Shown here one piece after another: positions 17,771 to 25,605 of a DNA stretch of 34,187 nt. Source of the DNA: Oscillospiraceae bacterium. GTDB taxonomy: Bacteria; Bacillota; Clostridia; Oscillospirales; UBA929. Below the pieces are notes generated by a model that had not been told where the DNA came from, searched no databases, and was given only the letters and a program-made list of their open reading frames with translations. Every line of letters starts with the position of its first letter. Position 1 is the first letter of the stretch. The stretch spans positions 1 through 34,187 of the forward strand of contig JAISVY010000075.1 in NCBI GenBank assembly GCA_031271325.1, read 5' to 3'. The position numbers and the translations under genes were made by a program.

Positions 17771-17799
17771 ATTGTATCGTATCCAATTTACCGTGTCAA
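17771..17799 (-). promoter_or_regulatory. Sigma-A-type promoter for the PEP carboxykinase gene
   Basis: The minus strand reads TTGACA (17799-17794), 17-nt spacer, TACAAT (17776-17771). Confidence 0.55.
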
Positions 17800-17835
17800 G
17801 ATATTGGGAAATCATTTTACGTTTATCGATGCCGA

Positions 17836-17889
17836 ACACAACCCGCGCCTGGGCGCTTCGGGCTGAAAAAGCGTTGTCCGGCAGCTCCT
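17836..17889 (+). repeat. Second intergenic repeat family, copy B
   Basis: ACACAACCCGCGCCTGGGCGCTTCGGGCTGAAAAAGCGTTGTCCGGCAGCTCCT; see copy A. It ends 3 nt before the stop codon of the XRE gene on the opposite strand. Confidence 0.6.
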
Positions 17890-17892
17890 GCC

Positions 17893-18558
17893 TTACAAAA
17901 ATTTCTTCGCCGCACGGGAACCCGCCTGATGCGTGATCGTCAGCAGACTGCGCACCAGCTGGGGGTACTCTTCGGTCAGGGTGTCGTTGGAGATGCCGGG
18001 CAGATTGGGCGGGTTGTTTTTTTGGTGCAGCACGGCGAGCAGCCGCGCCTCGCTCTCGGCCATATCCGCGTCGGAAGCGGGACCGTAGGCGCAGTCCGGG
18101 GCGGGGAATAGCCCCGAAACGCCCGATTGCGTGCAAAAATGGCGGAACATCTTATATACCGCGCCGCCGAAATAGTTGGTCAGTTCGGCGGCCAGCGCCG
18201 TGCTGCCAGAACGCCCCGCGAGGTCAAACAGGACGCATATGGCGTTGACGACCATCTTGCGCCCCAGCAGCGAAGAGACGGAAGATCGCCCCAGACGGTT
18301 CTGCTTATCTTCCTGCGCGTCGTATAACTCGTCGGCGTTCAGCGCCGCGCCGTCGCGCACCAGCGTCCGCCCCAGCAGATAGTCGGCGGATACGCCGTAG
18401 AAGTCGCAGGCGCGCACGAGGAACGGCAGACCCGGTTCCCTCGCGCCCGTTTCATAGTGGCTCAGAAGCGCCTGCGATATCCCCAGCGCCTCGGCCGCGC
18501 CGCGCTGGCTGAGTCCGCGTTCCTTCCGTAAAAACGCCAACACGCGGGAAAAGTCCAT
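17893..18558 (-). CDS. XRE-family helix-turn-helix transcriptional regulator with an uncharacterised ~150-aa C-terminal domain
   Basis: LRKERGLSQRGAAEALGISQALLSHYETGAREPGLPFLVRACDFYGVSADYLLGRT is a canonical HTH_3 motif. AGGAGGG RBS present. Confidence 0.85.
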   Translation of the reverse strand: MDFSRVLAFLRKERGLSQRGAAEALGISQALLSHYETGAREPGLPFLVRACDFYGVSADYLLGRTLVRDGAALNADELYDAQEDKQNRLGRSSVSSLLGRKMVVNAICVLFDLAGRSGSTALAAELTNYFGGAVYKMFRHFCTQSGVSGLFPAPDCAYGPASDADMAESEARLLAVLHQKNNPPNLPGISNDTLTEEYPQLVRSLLTITHQAGSRAAKKFL

Positions 18559-18589
18559 ACCCGTGCCCTCCTACTGTGTGTCACCTTAT

Positions 18590-18699
18590 GGGCATGTTGA
18601 AAATTGCCCGCTCCGGCTTGCAATGCCGCGCCAAAGGCGCCTGTTCGCAAGCGCTGCGCTCGTTCGCCTTTCAGGCGAACACGCAATTTTCAACACTTC
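18590..18699 (-). repeat. Dispersed structured element, copy 3 (full length, 110 nt)
   Basis: Its reverse complement matches copy 1 at 103/110 positions. It lies between the predicted promoter (18718-18746) and the XRE start codon, in the same orientation as the gene. Confidence 0.85.
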
Positions 18700-18717
18700 A
18701 CTTAAAACAGTAGGTAT

Positions 18718-18746
18718 AGTATACGCGGCAAATTACGGATTGTAAA
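18718..18746 (-). promoter_or_regulatory. Sigma-A-type promoter for the XRE regulator gene
   Basis: The minus strand reads TTTACA (18746-18741), 17-nt spacer, TATACT (18723-18718). Confidence 0.45.
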
Positions 18747-18847
18747 GAAGATTTTGAAAAAAACGCCGAATTTTGGGGGATTTACAAAAATAACCGGGAC
18801 TACCGGCATCCGCCCCCGGCGCGGGGACGGGTGTAACAAGAATATAG

Positions 18848-18876
18848 TTGCATGTTTGGGGGCTTTATGCTAAAAT
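18848..18876 (+). promoter_or_regulatory. Sigma-A-type extended -10 promoter for the pduL-glg gene string
   Basis: TTGCAT (18848-18853), 17-nt spacer ending in TGC, TAAAAT (18871-18876). This fits a TGnTAAAAT extended -10. Confidence 0.6.
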
Positions 18877-18917
18877 AGACCTATAAAACCCAAGTTAATT
18901 ATTACGAGGTGGATGCG

Positions 18918-19511
18918 ATGCCAGACTATCCTGCTTCCGGCGGCGGCCGGAGTGTGCTGATCGAGGGTTCAGCCCGCCATGTCCATTTGAAACGCGAAGA
19001 CTTGGATGCGTTGTTCGGCAGCGGTTACACGCTGCGCAAGAAGCGCGATTTGCTTCAGCCGGGAGAGTTTCTGACCGAAGAAAAGGTCACCCTGACCGGA
19101 CCCCGCGGGTCGGTGGAACGGGTTTCCGTGCTGGGACCCCTGCGGAGCGCCACGCAGGCGGAGATCTCGATCACGGACGCGCGCGCGCTGGGGGTTTCGG
19201 CTCCGGTACGCCTGAGCGGCGACATCGCCGGTTCCGCGCCGATACGCCTGACCGGTCCGGCAGGCAGCGTCGAGCTGGCCGAGGGCTGCATCGTCGCCAA
19301 GCGCCATCTGCACGTCACCCCCGCCGACGCCGAAACGCTCGGTATCACCGGGCGGAACACGGTTCGGGTGAAGGTGGGCGGCGAACGCGCGGTGACCTTT
19401 GACGAGGTGACGGTGCGCGTTTCCGAAAACTTCTATACCGAAGTACACCTCGACTACGACGAGATGAACGCCGCCGGGCTGTCCGGCGAAGTTTACGGCG
19501 AAATACTATAA
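18918..19511 (+). CDS. pduL: PduL-type phosphate acyltransferase (phosphate propanoyl/acetyltransferase)
   Basis: SARHVHLKREDLDALFG...LTGPRGSVERVSVLGP, then a second half-repeat AKRHLHVTPADAETLG...VRVSENFYTEVHLDYDEMNAAG. This is the typical two-repeat PduL pattern. ATG 18918 follows GAGGTGG; GTG 18909 is an alternative start. Confidence 0.85.
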   Translation: MPDYPASGGGRSVLIEGSARHVHLKREDLDALFGSGYTLRKKRDLLQPGEFLTEEKVTLTGPRGSVERVSVLGPLRSATQAEISITDARALGVSAPVRLSGDIAGSAPIRLTGPAGSVELAEGCIVAKRHLHVTPADAETLGITGRNTVRVKVGGERAVTFDEVTVRVSENFYTEVHLDYDEMNAAGLSGEVYGEIL

Positions 19512-19523
19512 AAAGAGAGTAGG

Positions 19524-21419
19524 ATGCGTATGTCCGGGTTAACAAAGGGAACCGACGTGAAGAACCATTTGTATCTGTTCCACGAGGGCAGCGACTGCCG
19601 GGCGTATGAGTTTATGGGCGCGCATTTCGAAACGCGGGGCGGCGAAGACGGCGTGGTGTTCCGGGTGTGGGCGCCCGACGCCAAGAGCGTTTCGGTGATC
19701 GGCGAATTCAACGGCTGGGCGCACGGGCAATGCCCGATGGAGCGCGTCTCGGTCGGCGTATGGGAACGCTTTGTGCCGGGACTTGCCGAATTCGACTCGT
19801 ATAAGTACGCCGTGGAGGGCAAAGACGGCGAGACGCGCGAAAAAAGCGACCCTTACGCTTTTCATGCCGAAGTGCGCCCCAAGACGGCTTCGAAGGTCTA
19901 CGAGATAGACGGCTACGGGTGGGGCGACGGCGATTGGATCGCCGCCCGGAGCACTCCCTACGATAAGCCGCTGAACATCTACGAAGTACATATGGGCTCT
20001 TGGCGGCGCGGCAAGGACGGAGAGCTGCTCTCCTATACCGAGATTGCCCGGCAGCTCGTGCCGTATGTAAAGGAAATGGGCTATACACACATAGAGCTGA
20101 TGCCGGTGATGGAGCATCCGTTCGACGGCTCGTGGGGGTATCAGGTGACAGGCTATTTCGCCGCCACCAGCCGCTACGGTACGCCCAAAGACCTGATGCG
20201 GCTGATCGACCTGTGCCATCAGGCGGGCGTGGGCGTGATTCTCGACTGGGTTCCCGCGCACTTTCCGAAAGACGGGCACGGGCTGATCGACTTCGACGGC
20301 GGCTGCTGCTACGAATACTCCGACCCCGAGCGCCGGGAGCACCCCGACTGGGGTACGCGCGTCTTCGACTACGGGCGCAACGAAACGCGCTCCTTCCTGA
20401 TGTCCTCGGCGATCTTCTGGCTCGATCTGTTCCACGCCGACGGGCTGCGGGTAGACGCCGTGGCCAGTATGCTCTACCTCGATTACGGCAAGCGCGGCGG
20501 CGGCCCCCGCAACATCTACGGCGGCCGCGAGAACCTAGAAGCGCTGGCGTTTCTGCGCAAGACCAACGAGCAGGTCTTCGCGGCGTTCCCCCACGCGCTG
20601 ATGATCGCCGAAGAATCCACCGCCTGGCCGATGGTGACCAAGCCCGTGTATATGGGCGGTCTCGGTTTCAACTTCAAGTGGAGCATGGGGTGGATGAACG
20701 ACACCCTGTCGTATATCAAGCTCGATCCGGTCTTCCGGCAGTATAACCACAACAAAATGACCTTCTCGATGATGTACGCGTTTACCGAAAACTATGTGCT
20801 GCCGCTCTCGCACGACGAAGTCGTGCACGGCAAATGCTCGCTGGTGGAGAAAATGCCGGGCTATTATGTGGATAAGTTTGCGGGGCTGCGCGTATACCTC
20901 TCTTATATGATCGCGCATCCGGGCAAGAAGCTGACCTTTATGGGCGCGGACTTCGCGCAGTTTGTCGAGTGGAACAGCGAGCAAAGCTTGGACTGGCATC
21001 TGCTGGACTACGATATGCACAGGATGCACCGCGAATTTGTCAAAGAGCTGAACCATTTCTACTTACGTAACCCGGGTCTGTGGGAAATCGAAGACTCGTG
21101 GGACGGCTTTACATGGATTACACCCGGCGACTATCAGGGCAATACCCTCGCGTTTATCCGCACGGCGAAGCGGGAGAGCGGCGGGCAATCCTTAATCTGT
21201 CTGTTCAACTTCTCCCCGGTAAACCGGGAGGGGTACCGCTTGGCGCTGCCGGATTCGGGGGTTTATCAAGAGGTGCTGAACAGCAACGAAGAGCGGTTCG
21301 GCGGGTTCGGACAGGTCAACGGAACCGTCACCGCCGTAAACATACCCTGCGGTCAGATGCAATGGTCGGCGCAGCTCACCCTGTCGCCCTACGGCGCGGT
21401 GTTCTTGACAAAACTGTAG
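19524..21419 (+). CDS. glgB: 1,4-alpha-glucan branching enzyme
   Basis: 631 aa. GH13 conserved regions are present: GVILDWVPAHF, DGLRVDAVASM, IAEESTAWP, LSHDEVVHGK. Confidence 0.93.
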   Translation: MRMSGLTKGTDVKNHLYLFHEGSDCRAYEFMGAHFETRGGEDGVVFRVWAPDAKSVSVIGEFNGWAHGQCPMERVSVGVWERFVPGLAEFDSYKYAVEGKDGETREKSDPYAFHAEVRPKTASKVYEIDGYGWGDGDWIAARSTPYDKPLNIYEVHMGSWRRGKDGELLSYTEIARQLVPYVKEMGYTHIELMPVMEHPFDGSWGYQVTGYFAATSRYGTPKDLMRLIDLCHQAGVGVILDWVPAHFPKDGHGLIDFDGGCCYEYSDPERREHPDWGTRVFDYGRNETRSFLMSSAIFWLDLFHADGLRVDAVASMLYLDYGKRGGGPRNIYGGRENLEALAFLRKTNEQVFAAFPHALMIAEESTAWPMVTKPVYMGGLGFNFKWSMGWMNDTLSYIKLDPVFRQYNHNKMTFSMMYAFTENYVLPLSHDEVVHGKCSLVEKMPGYYVDKFAGLRVYLSYMIAHPGKKLTFMGADFAQFVEWNSEQSLDWHLLDYDMHRMHREFVKELNHFYLRNPGLWEIEDSWDGFTWITPGDYQGNTLAFIRTAKRESGGQSLICLFNFSPVNREGYRLALPDSGVYQEVLNSNEERFGGFGQVNGTVTAVNIPCGQMQWSAQLTLSPYGAVFLTKL

Positions 21420-21432
21420 CAATCATTCCGCC

Positions 21433-21617
21433 GGTTCCCCGCTTGCGCGCGGGCGCATACGGTGTGCGCCTGTCCACGGCGCGTCAAGGATGCCGCGCCC
21501 TACGCGGTTCCCCCGCTTGCGTGCGGGCGCATACGGTGTGCGCCTGTTCACGGCGCGTCAAGGATGCCGCGCCCTACGCGGTTCCCCGCTTGCGCGCGGG
21601 CGCATACAATGTGCGCC
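21433..21617. repeat. Tandem repeat, 73-74 bp unit, about 2.5 copies, GC-rich hairpins, in the glgB-glgC intergenic region
   Basis: Units are 21433-21505, 21506-21579 and a partial 21580-21617. Units 1 and 2 differ by two substitutions and one extra C. Each unit holds three hairpins: CCCGC-ttgcgc-GCGGG, GGCGCA-tacggtg-TGCGCC and GGCGCG-tcaaggatgc-CGCGCC. Confidence 0.9.
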
Positions 21618-21667
21618 CATGAAAACTGCGTTTCTGTAATTATTTTCTCTATATGGAGGCGCTGCCA

Positions 21668-22864
21668 ATGAAAAAAGACTGTATCGCCATGCTGCTGGCC
21701 GGCGGGCAAGGGAGCCGTTTGTATGTGCTCACCGCCCACGTGGCGAAACCCGCGGTGCCGTTCGGGGGGAAATACCGCCTGATCGACTTCCCCCTCTCCA
21801 ACTGCATCAATTCCGGCATCGACACGGTCGGCGTGCTGACGCAGTATCAGCCGCACGAGCTGAACGCGTACATAGGCACGGGACAGCCGTGGGATCTCGA
21901 CCGCTTGGACGGCGGCGCGCACGTTCTGCCGCCTTATATGACCAGCAAGGGCAGCGAATGGTACAAAGGCTCGGCCAACGCCGTTTACCAAAACATCGGG
22001 TTTATCGAGCAGTATGACCCCGAATACGTGCTGGTGCTGGGCGGCGACCACATCTACAAGATGGACTACTCCAAAATGCTGGAACACCATAAAGCCACCG
22101 GCGCCGACTGCACGATTTCGGTCATCGGCGTGAGTTACGAGGAAGCGAAGTCGTTCGGGATCATGAACGTCAACCCCGACGGCACGATCTACGAGTTTGA
22201 GGAAAAACCCGCGAAGCCCAAGTCTACGCTGGCGTCGATGGGCATCTATATATTTACCTGGGAGAAGCTCAGGAAACACCTGATTGACGACGAAGCCGAC
22301 CCTCGCAGCGTCAACGATTTCGGCAAAAACATCATCACGAATATGCTCAACGCCGGAGAAAAGATGGTTGCCTACCGCTTTTCCGGCTACTGGAAAGACG
22401 TGGGCACGATCGACAGCCTGTGGGAAGCCAACATGGATATGCTTTCGGGCAACGAGATCGATCTGCTCAGCCCGACGTGGCGCATATATTCCCGCAACTC
22501 CGCCTCGCCCCCGCATTCCGTGGGCGAAAACGCGATTATATCGCACAGCTTGGCGGCCGAAGGCTGCGACATAAACGGTCTGGTTTACAATTCGGTGCTG
22601 TTCACCGACGTTACGGTGGAGCAGGGCGCGTATGTGGAATACTCAATCATCATGCCGGGCGCGGTGATCAAGAGCGGCGCGGCGGTGAAGTACGCGATTG
22701 TCGCCGAAGGCGCTGTAATCGAAGGCGGCGCGAAGGTCGGCGCTTCGCCCGACGAATGTAACGGTTCCGGCGATTGGGGCGTGGCCGTCGTCGCCTCCGG
22801 CGTCACCGTCGGTGCGGGGAAAACGGTCAAAGCGCGGGACATGATCGACGCGGACATACGATAG
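21668..22864 (+). CDS. glgC: Glucose-1-phosphate adenylyltransferase, catalytic subunit
   Basis: [55 protein letters not shown] lies 8 nt upstream of ATG 21668. Confidence 0.93.
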   Translation: MKKDCIAMLLAGGQGSRLYVLTAHVAKPAVPFGGKYRLIDFPLSNCINSGIDTVGVLTQYQPHELNAYIGTGQPWDLDRLDGGAHVLPPYMTSKGSEWYKGSANAVYQNIGFIEQYDPEYVLVLGGDHIYKMDYSKMLEHHKATGADCTISVIGVSYEEAKSFGIMNVNPDGTIYEFEEKPAKPKSTLASMGIYIFTWEKLRKHLIDDEADPRSVNDFGKNIITNMLNAGEKMVAYRFSGYWKDVGTIDSLWEANMDMLSGNEIDLLSPTWRIYSRNSASPPHSVGENAIISHSLAAEGCDINGLVYNSVLFTDVTVEQGAYVEYSIIMPGAVIKSGAAVKYAIVAEGAVIEGGAKVGASPDECNGSGDWGVAVVASGVTVGAGKTVKARDMIDADIR

Positions 22865-22876
22865 GGGGGACACGAA

Positions 22877-24049
22877 ATGAATGATATGCACGGCATCCTT
22901 TTCGCGTATTCTTCCGACCATCGGCTCAAACCGCTGACCGCGCACCGTACCGCCTGTTCGCTTCCGTTCGGGGCGCGTTACCGCGTCATCGACTTCATGC
23001 TGTCCAACATGGTGAATTCCGGGATTCCCGACGTGGGCGTGATTATGCGGGAGGACTATCAGTCGCTGCTCGACCATCTCGGCGCGGGGCGCGACTGGGA
23101 TCTCGCGCGGAAGCGCGGCGGGCTGCGGATTTTGCCGCCGTTCGCCTATGCGGGCGGATCGCGGGAAGCCGGCACCTACCGAGGCAAAATCGATGCGCTG
23201 AACGCCATACAAAGCTATATCTCGTTCATCCGGCAGGAATATATCGTACTGGCCGACGGCGACCTGATCGTCAACCTGCCGCTGGAAGAAATCTTCGAGC
23301 GTCACGTAAAATCCGGCGCGGACATGACCTGCGTATGCACATCGCGCAAAGACAACGGGTATGCCGCCGACGCGGCCTTCGTGCGGCTCGGCGCGGGGGA
23401 GCAGGTGACCGAGGTGCTGCTGTCCGCGCTGGGGGAAGACGTATATCCCTGCATCGGCGTGTACATCCTATCCAAAGACCTGCTGGTGAATCTGATGAAC
23501 AGATGCAACGCGGAAAATTCCGTGGACTTCACCAAAGACGTGCTGCAGCGGTACTATAAAGAAATGCGCATCAAAGCGTTTGTATACGACGGGTTCGCCG
23601 CGCGTCTGCACACCGTCGCCGATTATTTTGAGCAATCGATGAACCTGTTGAAACCCGAGGTGCGGGACGACCTGTTTTCGCGCAGCCGCCCGATCAAAAC
23701 CAAAATACGCGACGACGCCCCCACCTACTATTCGCCCGAAAGCAAAGTGAAATGTTCCGTCGTAGCCGACGGATGCTCGATCCGGGGCAATCTGGAAAAC
23801 TGCATCGTCTTTCGCGGCGTGCAGATCGAAGAGGGCGCGGTGCTCAAGAATTGCATCTTTATGCAGGATTCCCATATCGGTAAAAACACGAATCTTTCTA
23901 TATATATCACCGACAAGGAGGTCACCATTGAAGAAGGTTGTTCCGCGAAAGGACACCGGACGTTCCCGCTGACGATTCCCAAGGGGTCGGTCGTGGAGTT
24001 GTCCGACATGAAAGGTCTCTTCGATAAGCGCAGCAACGAAAAGCAGTAA
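22877..24049 (+). CDS. glgD: Glucose-1-phosphate adenylyltransferase, GlgD subunit
   Basis: Paralogous to glgC (PFGARYRVIDFMLSNMVNSG) but lacks the GGxGxRL loop. It sits at the Firmicute glgC-glgD position. Confidence 0.88.
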   Translation: MNDMHGILFAYSSDHRLKPLTAHRTACSLPFGARYRVIDFMLSNMVNSGIPDVGVIMREDYQSLLDHLGAGRDWDLARKRGGLRILPPFAYAGGSREAGTYRGKIDALNAIQSYISFIRQEYIVLADGDLIVNLPLEEIFERHVKSGADMTCVCTSRKDNGYAADAAFVRLGAGEQVTEVLLSALGEDVYPCIGVYILSKDLLVNLMNRCNAENSVDFTKDVLQRYYKEMRIKAFVYDGFAARLHTVADYFEQSMNLLKPEVRDDLFSRSRPIKTKIRDDAPTYYSPESKVKCSVVADGCSIRGNLENCIVFRGVQIEEGAVLKNCIFMQDSHIGKNTNLSIYITDKEVTIEEGCSAKGHRTFPLTIPKGSVVELSDMKGLFDKRSNEKQ

Positions 24050-24064
24050 GAAAGGAGCATGACC

Positions 24065-25507
24065 ATGAAAATCCTTTATGTCACCAGCGAAGCCGCGCCT
24101 TTCGCGAAAACCGGAGGTCTGGGAGACGTCGCGGGCGCTTTGCCCGCCGCAATCTCCGGGAAAGAAGACGAGGTGCGCGTCATCATGCCGCTCTACGCCT
24201 CTGTCTCCGACGATTGGCGTTCGCAGATGCGGTTTGTAAAGCAGCTCTATATCCCGCTCGCTTGGCGGAATCTTTACTGCGGTCTGTTTGAGCTGAAAAC
24301 CGGCGGCGGCACGGTCTATTTTGTGGACAACGAATATTACTTCAAACGCGGCGATATACACGGTCACTATGACGACGGCGAGCGCTTCGGCTTTTTCTCC
24401 CGCGCCGTCGCCGCCCTGCTGACCGAGCTTGACGGCTGGGTTCCCGAGGTTGTGCACTGCAACGATTGGCATACCGCCCTTGTTCCGGTTTATATGCGCC
24501 ATACATACGGCGGTGTTGCCGCTGTGGACGCGATGAAGACGGTCTTCACGATCCATAACGTCGAGTATCAGGGGCGCTTTGCCCGGGATACGCTGGAGAA
24601 TGTGTTCGGCTTGCCGCATACCCTCTTTGACGGCGGCACGCTGGAGTTTATGGGCGGCATTAACCTCATGAAGGGCGCGATCGAAATGTCCGACCGCGTG
24701 ACCACCGTCAGCCCCACCTACGCGCAGGAACTCAAAGAAGCCTTTTACGCCCACGGGCTGGACGGCGTGATTTCGGCGAACGAAGCCAAGCTTTCCGGCA
24801 TCCTGAACGGAATCGATACCAAGCTCTATAACCCCGAAAAAGACGAGTGCCTGACCAAAAACTATTCCCTGAAAAACCTTGCCGGCAAAGCCGTCTGCAA
24901 AGCGGAACTGCAAAAGATACTGGGGCTCGCGCAAAACCCCTCCGTACCGCTGATCGTATCGGTGGGCAGGCTGGTCAGCCACAAGGGCATTGATTTGATC
25001 GCGGACGGGCTGGACGAAATGATGGATATAAGGGGGGAAATTCAGTTCGCGCTGCTGGGGCGCGGCGACTGGCACTTCGAGCAGACCCTCTCCGCCATAC
25101 AGCACCGTTTCGAGGGGCGTGTTTCGGTATCCATCACCTACAACGCGGCGCTCTCAAACGCGTTTTACGCCGGAGGCGACATCTTCCTGATGCCGAGCCA
25201 GTCGGAACCGTGCGGGCTGAGCCAAATGATCGCGATGCGTTACGGCACGGTGCCGGTCGTGCGCGAAACGGGCGGCTTGCGCGACACGGTGGAGCCGTAT
25301 AACCCCGACACCGGCGAAGGGCTTGGATTCACGTTCGCAAACTATGACAAGTACGATATGCTGTTCGCCGTGCGCCGCGCCGTGGATTTGTATTACAGCG
25401 ACAAAGAGCGTTGGGGCGCGATTCAAAAACGCGGCATGTCCCGCAATTTCACATGGGCGGATTCCGCGAAGGCGTACAAGGCGCTGTATCAAGGACTGTT
25501 TGCGTAG
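24065..25507 (+). CDS. glgA: Glycogen synthase (ADP-glucose type)
   Basis: MKILYVTSEAAPFAKTGGLGDV is a canonical N-terminus. ATG 24065 lies 7 nt after AAAGGAG; the track start 24059 lies only 1 nt after the RBS. Confidence 0.92.
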   Translation: MKILYVTSEAAPFAKTGGLGDVAGALPAAISGKEDEVRVIMPLYASVSDDWRSQMRFVKQLYIPLAWRNLYCGLFELKTGGGTVYFVDNEYYFKRGDIHGHYDDGERFGFFSRAVAALLTELDGWVPEVVHCNDWHTALVPVYMRHTYGGVAAVDAMKTVFTIHNVEYQGRFARDTLENVFGLPHTLFDGGTLEFMGGINLMKGAIEMSDRVTTVSPTYAQELKEAFYAHGLDGVISANEAKLSGILNGIDTKLYNPEKDECLTKNYSLKNLAGKAVCKAELQKILGLAQNPSVPLIVSVGRLVSHKGIDLIADGLDEMMDIRGEIQFALLGRGDWHFEQTLSAIQHRFEGRVSVSITYNAALSNAFYAGGDIFLMPSQSEPCGLSQMIAMRYGTVPVVRETGGLRDTVEPYNPDTGEGLGFTFANYDKYDMLFAVRRAVDLYYSDKERWGAIQKRGMSRNFTWADSAKAYKALYQGLFA

Positions 25508-25605
25508 CTCTGTTGGGGGGTGGCCGTCTCTGACCGTCCGCCGCCCCTGCGGGGACGGTATCGTAAAACAGAGAGCGTATAAGATGGGTAAAGGAGAACG
25601 CGTAT

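Noticed and set aside
21433-21617. Possible CRISPR array in the glgB-glgC spacer.
   Set aside because: The whole 73-74 bp unit is repeated, so the would-be spacers are near-identical. There are only about 2.5 units and no cas genes in the window. It is a tandem repeat, not a repeat-spacer array.
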